The notes under the pieces were generated by a model that made no database searches, was not told the DNA's origin, and saw only the letters and a list, made by a program, of their open reading frames with translations. The position numbers and the translations under genes were made by a program. Below are positions 28,945-37,200 of a stretch of DNA of 64,000 nt, one piece after another. Where the stretch lies: the NCBI GenBank assembly GCA_029263375.1, contig JAJCXP010000366.1:2402-66401 (forward strand), read 5' to 3'. Numbering within the stretch: position 1 is the first letter of the stretch; each line of letters starts with the position of its first letter. The DNA comes from Acidobacteriota bacterium (lineage in GTDB: Bacteria > Acidobacteriota > Thermoanaerobaculia > Multivoradales > JAHEKO01).

Positions 28945-29658
28945 ATGAGTGAACCGCAGGAGAGTTGCATCTCCAGCGGGCCGCTTCTGGTCCGCGATCT
29001 ACCGCTCGACGAGCGCCCACGCGACCGATTGCTCAATAACGGGAGCGCTTCGCTCTCGGACACGGAGCTGCTGTCGATCTTGCTCCGCACCGGCAGGCCC
29101 GGAGTGTCGTCGATCGACGTCGCTCGCGAGCTTCTGCAGCGCTTCGGAAGCCTCGGAGGTCTCCTTAGCGCAACGCCGGAAGGTCTTCGCCGCCCGGGTC
29201 TCGGGCCCGCGAAGGCCGCAACGGTCCTCGCCGCCCTCGAGCTCGCAAGCCGTCTTGCCAAGGCGGCGCTTCCTGAGCGTGAGCCGATGTCCGCTCCCGC
29301 CGAAGTGGCGCGCTATCTCGCGCTTCGCTACGGCCTGAGCGACCAGGAGGTCATGGGTGGGCTGTACCTTGACACCCGCAATCGACTCCTCGCCGAGCGC
29401 GAGATCTATCGCGGCACCCTCAACCGGGCCGCGGCCGAGCCGCGAGCCGTCTTGAAGCAGGGCCTGCTCCGCGACGCAGCGGGCGTGGTCCTCTTCCACA
29501 CGCATCCGAGTGGCGATCCCTCGCCCAGCGCGGAGGATCTCGCCTTCACCCGCCGTCTGGCGGAAGCCGGTGAGACGGTCGGTATCCGACTCGTCGATCA
29601 CCTGATCCTCGGCACCGGCGGCCGCTGGGTTTCGCTCAGACAGCGCGGCACCCTCTAG
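28945..29658 (+). CDS. radC: RadC-like JAB-domain protein
   Basis: SDTELLSILLRTG (HhH-like). HTHPSGDPSPSAEDLAFT is the JAMM-like H-x-H-P-S-G motif. RBS AAAGGAG upstream. Confidence 0.8.
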   Translation: MSEPQESCISSGPLLVRDLPLDERPRDRLLNNGSASLSDTELLSILLRTGRPGVSSIDVARELLQRFGSLGGLLSATPEGLRRPGLGPAKAATVLAALELASRLAKAALPEREPMSAPAEVARYLALRYGLSDQEVMGGLYLDTRNRLLAEREIYRGTLNRAAAEPRAVLKQGLLRDAAGVVLFHTHPSGDPSPSAEDLAFTRRLAEAGETVGIRLVDHLILGTGGRWVSLRQRGTL

Positions 29659-29700
29659 CCGCCACCTCACACCCAATCAGCAACCGAAAGGAGGTTCCCC

Positions 29701-30006
29701 TTGGGCGAGCCACAGGAGAAGTGTGTCCAGAGCAAACCCCTCTTCCCGCTCGGTCGCGTTGTGGCCACGCCGGGAGTGCTCGCGGCCCTCGAGGCCGCGG
29801 GCGAGCTCCCGCACGGCTACCTCGCGCGACACGTTCGGGGCGAGTGGGGCGACATCCCGGAAGAGGATCGCAAGGAGAACGAACTCTCGCTGCGCGAGGG
29901 CTTCCGGATCCTCTCCGCCTACCGCACCCGCCTCGGCACCCGGCTCTGGGTGATCACCGAGGCCGATCGCTCGTCGACCTGTTTCCTCCTGCCGGAGGAG
30001 TACTGA
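29701..30006 (+). CDS. small conserved hypothetical protein (TTG start)
   Basis: 101 aa. RBS GAAAGGAGG 7 nt upstream of TTG. N-terminus MGEPQEKC mirrors the RadC N-terminus MSEPQESC. Confidence 0.4.
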   Translation: MGEPQEKCVQSKPLFPLGRVVATPGVLAALEAAGELPHGYLARHVRGEWGDIPEEDRKENELSLREGFRILSAYRTRLGTRLWVITEADRSSTCFLLPEEY

Positions 30007-30035
30007 ACGTCCATCCACCTGAAAGGAGGTACCCC

Positions 30036-31052
30036 ATGCCGAAAGAGGCACGGAAGCCGTCGACCTACGTCGACTTCAAGGAGGTGAAGGCCGCCGTCAC
30101 GATCGAGGCCGTTCTCGAGCGCTACGAGCTGCTCGACGACCTCGAGCCCAAGGACGACGGCTACACCGGTGATTGCCCCTTCCACGAGGGCGAGAGCGAG
30201 CGGCCGTTTCACGTCTCGCTGTCCAAGAACGCCTGGTACTGCTTCGGCTGTGAGGAGGGCGGCAACGTCCTCGACTTCGTCGCTCAGATGGAGGACGTCT
30301 CCATCAAGGGGGCGGCTCAGCTTCTGGCGGAGTGGTTCGAGGTGGAGTCGACCCGGAAAGGGTCGAAACGGCGTCGTGGCAAGCCGAAGGCCGTTGAGGC
30401 CGACCCGGAGGGTTCAGAGCCAGAAAGCGAGGCCTTGAGCGGCTCTCAGGAGGCCGAAGCTGAGCGCCCTGAGCCGACCGAGAAGGCCTCCGACGCAGAT
30501 CCCGGCGCCCCCGAGTTCAGCAATCGACCGCTAGGCTTCAGCCTCAAAAACCTCGACCCCGGCCACGAGATGCTCGAGCCGCTCGGTTTCGACCGGGCGA
30601 CCGTCGAGCACTTCGAAGCCGGCTACTGCGGCAACGGGATGATGAAGGGTCGCCTGGCGATCCCGATTCACTCCTTCAACGGCGAGCTTCTGGCCTACGC
30701 TGGGAGGGCTCTGGACGGCGACGCCGGGTACAAATACCCGCCGAAGTTCGATCGGAGTCTGGAGCTCTACAACCTGCACCGGGCTATCGAGCCGGCTCAG
30801 GCCGAGGGGCTCATGCTGGTCAGCGACGTCCTCGAGGTCTGGCGGCTGTCCGTAGCCGGCCACGCCAACGCCGTTGCCCTCATGGGCGACGAGATGAGCG
30901 CGGAGCAGGAGGCGCTCCTAACATCGTTCGCCGGCGAGTCGGCGCGAGTTCTAGTTCTTTGGCCTGAGACGGCCGGGCGCGATGCCATCGTCGCTCGTCT
31001 CGTGTCTCAGGTGTACGTGCAGACGATGGAGCTCGAAGAGTTCCTCGCCTGA
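30036..31052 (+). CDS. DNA primase (CHC2 zinc finger plus Toprim-like domain, DnaG-type)
   Basis: CPFHEGESERPFHVSLSKNAWYCFGCEEGGNVLDF is a CHC2 zinc finger. C-terminal Toprim-like region. RBS GAAAGGAGG upstream of ATG 30036. The ORF-track start at 29721 is an in-frame upstream extension. Confidence 0.7.
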   Translation: MPKEARKPSTYVDFKEVKAAVTIEAVLERYELLDDLEPKDDGYTGDCPFHEGESERPFHVSLSKNAWYCFGCEEGGNVLDFVAQMEDVSIKGAAQLLAEWFEVESTRKGSKRRRGKPKAVEADPEGSEPESEALSGSQEAEAERPEPTEKASDADPGAPEFSNRPLGFSLKNLDPGHEMLEPLGFDRATVEHFEAGYCGNGMMKGRLAIPIHSFNGELLAYAGRALDGDAGYKYPPKFDRSLELYNLHRAIEPAQAEGLMLVSDVLEVWRLSVAGHANAVALMGDEMSAEQEALLTSFAGESARVLVLWPETAGRDAIVARLVSQVYVQTMELEEFLA

Positions 31053-31060
31053 ACGACAAA

Positions 31061-31090
31061 CGCCCCCAACTTCGGGGGCGCTTTTCTTTA
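31061..31090. terminator. Rho-independent terminator (CGCCCCC-AACTTC-GGGGGCG then T-run), bidirectional between convergent genes
   Basis: Perfect 7-bp GC stem with 6-nt loop followed by CTTTTCTTT. Lies between the primase stop and the stop of the minus-strand gene. Confidence 0.6.
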
Positions 31091-31765
31091 TGCGGTGTCG
31101 GTCTGCCGATCCGGCGGCTCGAGGCGAAGGAGCTTCTCCTCCAACTTCCCCACCATGCGATTGGACTCGGCAACACGGTCGACGAGCAGCCGTTGCTCCT
31201 CAACGAGCTTCGTCCTGTCCTCTTCAAGTCGCTGGATGAAGTAGTCCTTCCCCTTGTTTGTGATCGTCAGATCGATGATCTTCTGTCTCAGCCCCTTCAC
31301 GTCAGCCGTGTCCTCTGCCTCGCTTGGGGACGGCCTGGAGGGCAAGCTGGCTGAAGGCCCAGGTCGCGCCCCGGCCTTCGCCAGCTCTTCCTGAATCGCG
31401 CGTTCGACGCTCGCCAGCGTGATGAAGTGCTTGCGCTCGTTCGGATCAAAGTAGCTGTCTAGCCGGCTCATACCGGCCGCGTCCTTCCGGCACCAGTTGA
31501 TGACGCTGCGCTCCGTCCGCGCGACCCTAGCGTCCTCGAACATCCTCGCAACCTCTTTCACCGTGAGCGTATGGCTCTCACGAGCTTCGGCGTCGTTCGG
31601 AAGCGTGCGGAACGCTTCGGAAGTCTGCGGAACCGTGCGGAGGTCTTCCGAACCCTGCGGAACGCTGCGGAAGTCTTCCGAATCGTTCCGAACGTTGTTG
31701 GAGTCTTGTGGAGAGTCTGAAGACATGGATGTTGATGACTCCATTGTAGGGAGATGGCGCGGCAA
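31088..31765 (-). CDS. HTH (MerR/excisionase-like) plus coiled-coil protein, KfrA-like. N-terminal repeat region may be non-coding iterons
   Basis: TLTVKEVARMFEDARVARTERSVINWCRK is HTH_17-like. C-terminal heptad-rich coiled coil. N-terminal SEDFRSVPQ x3 peptide repeat corresponds to the DNA tandem repeat. Possible true start at internal Met (~31540). Confidence 0.4.
   Translation of the reverse strand: MPRHLPTMESSTSMSSDSPQDSNNVRNDSEDFRSVPQGSEDLRTVPQTSEAFRTLPNDAEARESHTLTVKEVARMFEDARVARTERSVINWCRKDAAGMSRLDSYFDPNERKHFITLASVERAIQEELAKAGARPGPSASLPSRPSPSEAEDTADVKGLRQKIIDLTITNKGKDYFIQRLEEDRTKLVEEQRLLVDRVAESNRMVGKLEEKLLRLEPPDRQTDTA
31597..31700. repeat. ~3.4 tandem copies of a 30-bp repeat containing TTCCGAA/TTCGGAA palindromic cores (iteron-like)
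   Basis: gcggaacgcttcggaagtctgcggaaccgt / gcggaggtcttccgaaccctgcggaacgct / gcggaagtcttccgaatcgttccgaacgtt. Lies ~130 bp upstream of the Rep-like gene. Confidence 0.6.
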
Positions 31766-31831
31766 CGCAACGCCAGTTATCCACAGTGCAGGCCGGGCTT
31801 CCGAAGCGCATACTGAGAACCACTACAAACC

Positions 31832-32602
31832 GTGTCAGAACACTTCAACCGACAATTTTGGATGCTCGATTTTCGGCTCTTGACGAACCGGGCTTTTCTC
31901 CGCTTCATCGGCACCAGCGAGTTCGCCACCTTCCTCGTTCTCCTTCGCCACGTCTGGCGAGGCGACGTAGAGCACTACATGGGGCTTCGGCAGATGTACC
32001 GCGACAAGCGAAAGCTCGCCTCGTCCCTCACTCGAAAGAAGATCGCCGAATACACCGGCATCGCCGAGGACAACATCTCCCGCCACCTGACGGCACTCCA
32101 GAAGAAAAGCATCATCCAGATCGAGCGCACTGGCAGGCAGAACATCTTTGTCCTAGGCGAGTGGATCGACGTCAAGGGAGATGGCTCCCATCGCGGCGTC
32201 GAGTGGTTTTTCATCGACGGCGTATTTGGGGTCTCCAAGGACGATCTGACGAATTCGTCAGATCAGTCCCGACGCTCAGCGTCAGGTCTGACCAGTCGCC
32301 AAGCGTCAGACACTAATAGAGAAGAGAATAGAGAAAGAACCGTTGGAGGAAACGGTGGCTTGAAAGACCTCCCTGACCTCGAACAGCCAGGAGCCAAGAC
32401 GAACTACATAGCGGACGTGATCCTCCGGGAGCTCGGAGATCAGCATTCGGCAGCATTCTACAGGCTCGTAGCCAGGAAAGTACCGGAACCCGCAATCCGT
32501 CGAGCCCTGGCGGAGATTCGTGCAGACGGCGCAGACCATCCGGCGAAGGTCTTCACGCATCGGATGATGAGATTCGCTCGCGAGGTGAGCCTGGGAGCTT
32601 GA
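31832..32602 (+). CDS. winged-helix DNA-binding protein, putative replication initiator
   Basis: LTRKKIAEYTGIAEDNISRHLTALQKKSIIQIER is HTH/wH-like. Position is immediately downstream of the iteron-like array. Confidence 0.35.
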   Translation: MSEHFNRQFWMLDFRLLTNRAFLRFIGTSEFATFLVLLRHVWRGDVEHYMGLRQMYRDKRKLASSLTRKKIAEYTGIAEDNISRHLTALQKKSIIQIERTGRQNIFVLGEWIDVKGDGSHRGVEWFFIDGVFGVSKDDLTNSSDQSRRSASGLTSRQASDTNREENRERTVGGNGGLKDLPDLEQPGAKTNYIADVILRELGDQHSAAFYRLVARKVPEPAIRRALAEIRADGADHPAKVFTHRMMRFAREVSLGA

Positions 32603-32806
32603 ATAGCAAAGACAGAATCGGTTGGCGTACCAAGCTGGGGCTCGGTGTCCGTGCTGTAGGAGAACGGCGTAGAAGACCGGTTTGGTGGGAGACCGAAAAA
32701 CCAATCAGAGACTCACAGGCCGTGATGCCGGCTCCATGGAACAGCGGGCAAGTGGCTCGCTGGGGCCAGCTTCGCGCCGAGCGCGTACGTATAGGATTGT
32801 GGTGCT

Positions 32807-33232
32807 TTGAGCATTAGACAGCTTGCAGAACTGACCGAAACTCTCCCCAGGGTGACCCGCGACGATGTGATGGGCTACGCCCGCAGCGTGGAACGTGTGC
32901 TTCCTGGCATCTTCAGGGATGCGCGAGTCAGGTACGAGGAGCAGCTGGCGAGTGATCTCGTGTTCTTGGCCGGGGTAAAAAGGCTATACGAAGTTGTCTC
33001 GTCCACCTATTGGTTGGCAGACAATTCGCTGGCGGCGACAGGTCGCAACGAAAGGCCAACCGAGGCCGCGGTTGTCGGCTCCTTGGTGCTGCGTCGAGGC
33101 ACAGGGTTTCACAGGGCCATCGGCCGTCTGCTTGGGGACCTGGAGGAAGTGCTCTCGGAGCTTGAACTGCGAGGTCTGATTCGGGAGCGAAGCCTCACGG
33201 TAGTCCTCCGCGAGCTGGCAGATGGACACTGA
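32807..33232 (+). CDS. hypothetical protein
   Basis: 141-aa ORF. Overlaps the next ORF by 11 nt. Confidence 0.3.
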   Translation: MSIRQLAELTETLPRVTRDDVMGYARSVERVLPGIFRDARVRYEEQLASDLVFLAGVKRLYEVVSSTYWLADNSLAATGRNERPTEAAVVGSLVLRRGTGFHRAIGRLLGDLEEVLSELELRGLIRERSLTVVLRELADGH

Positions 33233-33920
33233 GCAGCTCAAAAGCCAGTTGAAGGGACTCGTCAAGCACCATCGCGAGGTTTTCTCTGAGATTCCCTCAC
33301 GACGGAGCGCGCTTCTTGAGCTGGCGGCGTTTGTTGGCGTCCGCGAACACTATCGCTCGAATGGCTTCGAAGTAGAGACCGTTAACCCTGGCGCCAGCGC
33401 CGTGCTGAAACTCAAGACCTTCAGCAGGGGACATCCCTGGAACTACAGTCGAGCCGTTCTGACCAAGGGCAGGCTCTGCGCAGAGGTGCATTCCAACCTG
33501 ATGACAGAGGGCGCACACGGGGCAGGTCAGTATTGCGTTGACGTTGGCATCTGCAGGGTCGGCCGAGTGCCTGCTGCAAAGCCTAGAAGAGGCTGGCGCT
33601 CTCTTGGGAACAAGGACTTGTTGAGCTTCGTTGAAGTCAAGAGCCTGATGATCTACCCGATGCTCCTCGCGCAGTTCGTCGGCATCGTCCACGAGATCAA
33701 GCCTCGGTTCCTTAGACGGCCAAAGGTGCGTTTGTTCGATCGCTACAACCATCTCCCCCCCAGCTTGCTAGTGCTAGGGCGGTTCTCGGGGACATCTGAC
33801 CAGATCGTGCGGGACTTCATTCAGCGAGGCGTTCAAGTTCACATCGCCGAGCAGTTCGATGGGCGAATGGCCGCCGCTCGGGTCACGCCAGGTCGGTCGC
33901 CTCTCTTCTGGGACGACTAG
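33222..33920 (+). CDS. hypothetical protein (possible PD-(D/E)xK-like fold, speculative)
   Basis: 232-aa ORF. Motif VEVKSLMIY. Coupled to the upstream ORF. Confidence 0.3.
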   Translation: MDTEQLKSQLKGLVKHHREVFSEIPSRRSALLELAAFVGVREHYRSNGFEVETVNPGASAVLKLKTFSRGHPWNYSRAVLTKGRLCAEVHSNLMTEGAHGAGQYCVDVGICRVGRVPAAKPRRGWRSLGNKDLLSFVEVKSLMIYPMLLAQFVGIVHEIKPRFLRRPKVRLFDRYNHLPPSLLVLGRFSGTSDQIVRDFIQRGVQVHIAEQFDGRMAAARVTPGRSPLFWDD

Positions 33921-34207
33921 CAAAGAAGCCGACCGAGGTACTTCATTGACCCTAGGCTGGATAGACCGTGGGCGGCGCAGAATACCCTCGCCGCGCCGGG
34001 GCGAGAGGTTCGCCGCGGCTCCTCCCACAGATCGACAAGGCGATTCGCTCATCTGCGCCACGCGAACCACGACGGGCCGCTCGCTGCGCTCCGGATCTGC
34101 CCCTTACCCACGCGAAGGGATGATGACCATAGAGACGGTGGACTCGAACCAGATCTAGGTCCCCTTCCTCGTTTCTCACCCCTACGGTCATCGCGTCCTG
34201 ACAGAGA

Positions 34208-37200
34208 TCAGGAATCTGGACCACCCACTGCCGTCTTCGTCGCGCCACCATGCTCCGTCACGCGAGGGCGGCACTTCACTTTGATGGCGCCGTTGCTGAA
34301 AGCCTCATCTGTGGATTGGCTGGACCAGAGGTAGGCCTCGCCCGGCCGGAGGTGGGCCATCTTGTCGGGCGTGAGGCCGCGGAGGGCGGCGTTGGCTTTT
34401 TGGATGTGCTTCAGCCAGGCAGGCGAGTTGAACTTGTGCAGGATTATCTGGCTCGAGAGCTCGATGAGGGAGACAGGCACCGAGGGCGGATCCTGGCTGG
34501 CGACCATGATGCTCGTCCCCTTGTGGCGCATTTCGCGAACCACTTCGACGAGGCCGGCCACCAGGTCCGGGCTCTCGATGTACTTGTGGGCTTCGTCGAA
34601 GACCACCAGCTTGTTGAAGGCCTTCCCGTCGTGCCTCGCATCGGCGAAGAGCTGAAGGAGCACAACGAAGAGGCCCAGCGCCTCGTCCTTCTCGATGAAC
34701 TCGTCACGCAAGTCGACGATGATGAGCCGCCCCGGCCGGATGATCTCGGCAAGGCGGACGCTGTCATCGATGTACTCGGCGGCAAGGTCGAGGCGTAGGC
34801 GTGCCATGTCCTTGAGGTGGTCCGGCAGGGGCGAGCCTTCGATTCCCTGGCGTAGGCTGGCCAATGTGAGGTCGTGGCGGAGCGACTTCATCACGCGATT
34901 CAACAGGCGGATGTAGGTCGCCTGGTTGCCTACAGCGCCCATCAGGAATCGCCAGTGGCTCGTCTGGAGCTCGGCGGCGGCGAACTTCAGGGGTTGGACC
35001 TCGATCCCCTCATACTCGCGGCGGCGTTGGTCGAGCTTGTCCGCAGGCACTAGCAGTACAACGTCTGAGAGGGCCTTGGGTTTAGCGCCGAATCTCTCCC
35101 GCAGTAGCGCGATCTGGCCCTCATTCGAGTTGGGGGCCACCATCGACGTGAACTCGGGCTCGTAGTCCATCGTCGGGCTGTAGTGGAAGATGACCGTCGC
35201 CAGTGGCTGTGGCAGCTCGTTGATGTGCGGGATCGGCAGCGACGCCATCTCGGCGATTGTGCCCAGGGTGTAGGACTTACCGCCTCCCTGGACGCCGAAG
35301 AGGCTGATCGTATGCGTCTCGTTGAGATCGAGGGCGACCTTCCGCGCGGCGAGCTCGCCAAGGATCCCGTACTGGGGGGAGGCGCCCGTAGCGCCAATGA
35401 GCACGTCGTAGGGTGGCCAGTCCCGCACACCCGGAGCCTTGGGCTCTCCAGACGTGGGCGGATCTGGCTCGGCGATCGGGGACGTCGGAACCGAGTCTTC
35501 GTTCGTGAGCTTGTCCAACTCCGGTGTCACGGACTGTGGCTCGGTGGCCGAGGCGACGGTTGGCGGCGCCACAGGTCCGCTTCCACCATCGCGGCCGTCC
35601 GCGGGGTCGCTGTCCTCTGCCTCGGAAGCTGTAGAGGCGAGAGACTCCTCACCCAGGGTGTGGCGTGCTCTCAAATCTTCCCAAGAGACGGAGCGGTCGC
35701 GAGACTGCGCCAAGAAGGCCGCCTCGTCCAGCGCGGGCACAGAAGGCGCCCGCTCTCGGCGCGCCGAGAGTTGGGTGGTGCTGGACGTGCCCGGCCTCAT
35801 GAGGACGACATCCTCCGCGGCGTCGACCGCCACCTCGTCGAGGCTTGGCTCCGGCAACGCAGCATCGATGAGTTGCTGAATGAGGTCAGCGCCGATGCGG
35901 TGGTGCTCGATGCCCGACTCATGCTCGGGCGGCTCCGTCCCCGGCTTGTCGAAGTCGAAGATGATAGCCGCCCGTGTGAAGTCGAGCCGATAGCCGCTCT
36001 CGAGGCTCCTGAGGAAGAACCTGGCCTCATCGGCAGCCGCCTCGCTCATCACGCCGTAGCGAATGGCCCGATCCAAGTAGAACTCGAGCAGGGTGACCAG
36101 TTCGCGCATCTTGACTAGACGGTCCGGGCGATCCACCGGGCCGCGCCGCGGGTCAAAGTGGTAGCCGAGCATCTCCTCGCTCTGGGCGATCTGTTCCGCG
36201 ATGGAGTCCTTGAGCTGGTTGAACGCTCCGATATCGCCAACCTGCTTGTAGCACTTCACCTCGACCAGCCGGCAGGTGATGATCCGCGCCTGCGCGTCGA
36301 GGTCGAACAGCGCGAGGTCGGTGCGCTTGAAGCTGACCTCGTCGCCGAGTTCGTCCGCGCTCTTCTTGAGTGCCCGGTACAGATCGAGGTGGGCGTCGAG
36401 AGGTACTACGATCTGATTCTGAAACACTCCCTGGTGCTCGAGGTACATGCGCGAGAGCGCCAGCCCGAGGGCCTCGGCCCGCTGGCTGGGCGAAGAGATG
36501 AGCTTGAGGGCGAGGCGTCCCGATAGGGACCGCAACTGGTCGAGGATGGCCACCGCGTGACGCCCGTCGGCCTTCAAGCAGTACTCCTCGAGGACTGGCT
36601 TGAGCATCGCTTCGAGTTCGGCGACAGACCGCGAGGTGATGACCAGGCGATGGCCGAGCCCGCCCGCAAGGTCTGGCGAATGGTCGATCAGGTACTCGGG
36701 TCGACCGAAGCGCCCGCCGTGGTCGAAGAACTCGATGCCCATGTTGCGGTCGATGGTCAGGACCCAGTCACTGACCTCGTGGACCTTGTGGAGGATGGCC
36801 CGGTCCTCGGCGTCGAGCACTAGCTTCGTCACGGGCCGCAGGCCTAGCCCCGTCTCGCCGGTCGCGACCGTCGCCGCCGCACTGGAGATGAGCGCCGGCA
36901 CCGTGGAGAGCAGGTCGGTCAGCTCCTCGGCTCCGGCGAGCGGCAAGGCCAAGCCGTGCCTCGGCTGCCGTGCCCAAGCGACCGTCGTCTCGTCCTCCCG
37001 GTAGTCCACCAGGAAGTCCTGCACCAGGCCGTGGATGGGTGCCGTCGCCTCCTCGGCCGAGGCGCGCGCGGCCCCTACCTCCTCTGCTGGAAACAGGTCG
37101 AAAAGCAGCGACAGGTGCGCAGCGTGCTCCTCGGGGGCCCGGCGGAAGTCCGTCGTCGGCCGAATCGCTAACGCGAGCTTCGGCCTTAGATGACTCTCTG

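Noticed and set aside
31597-31700. Possible CRISPR array
   Set aside because: The repeats are contiguous 30-bp tandem copies with no unique spacers and no cas genes, so they are iteron-like rather than CRISPR.
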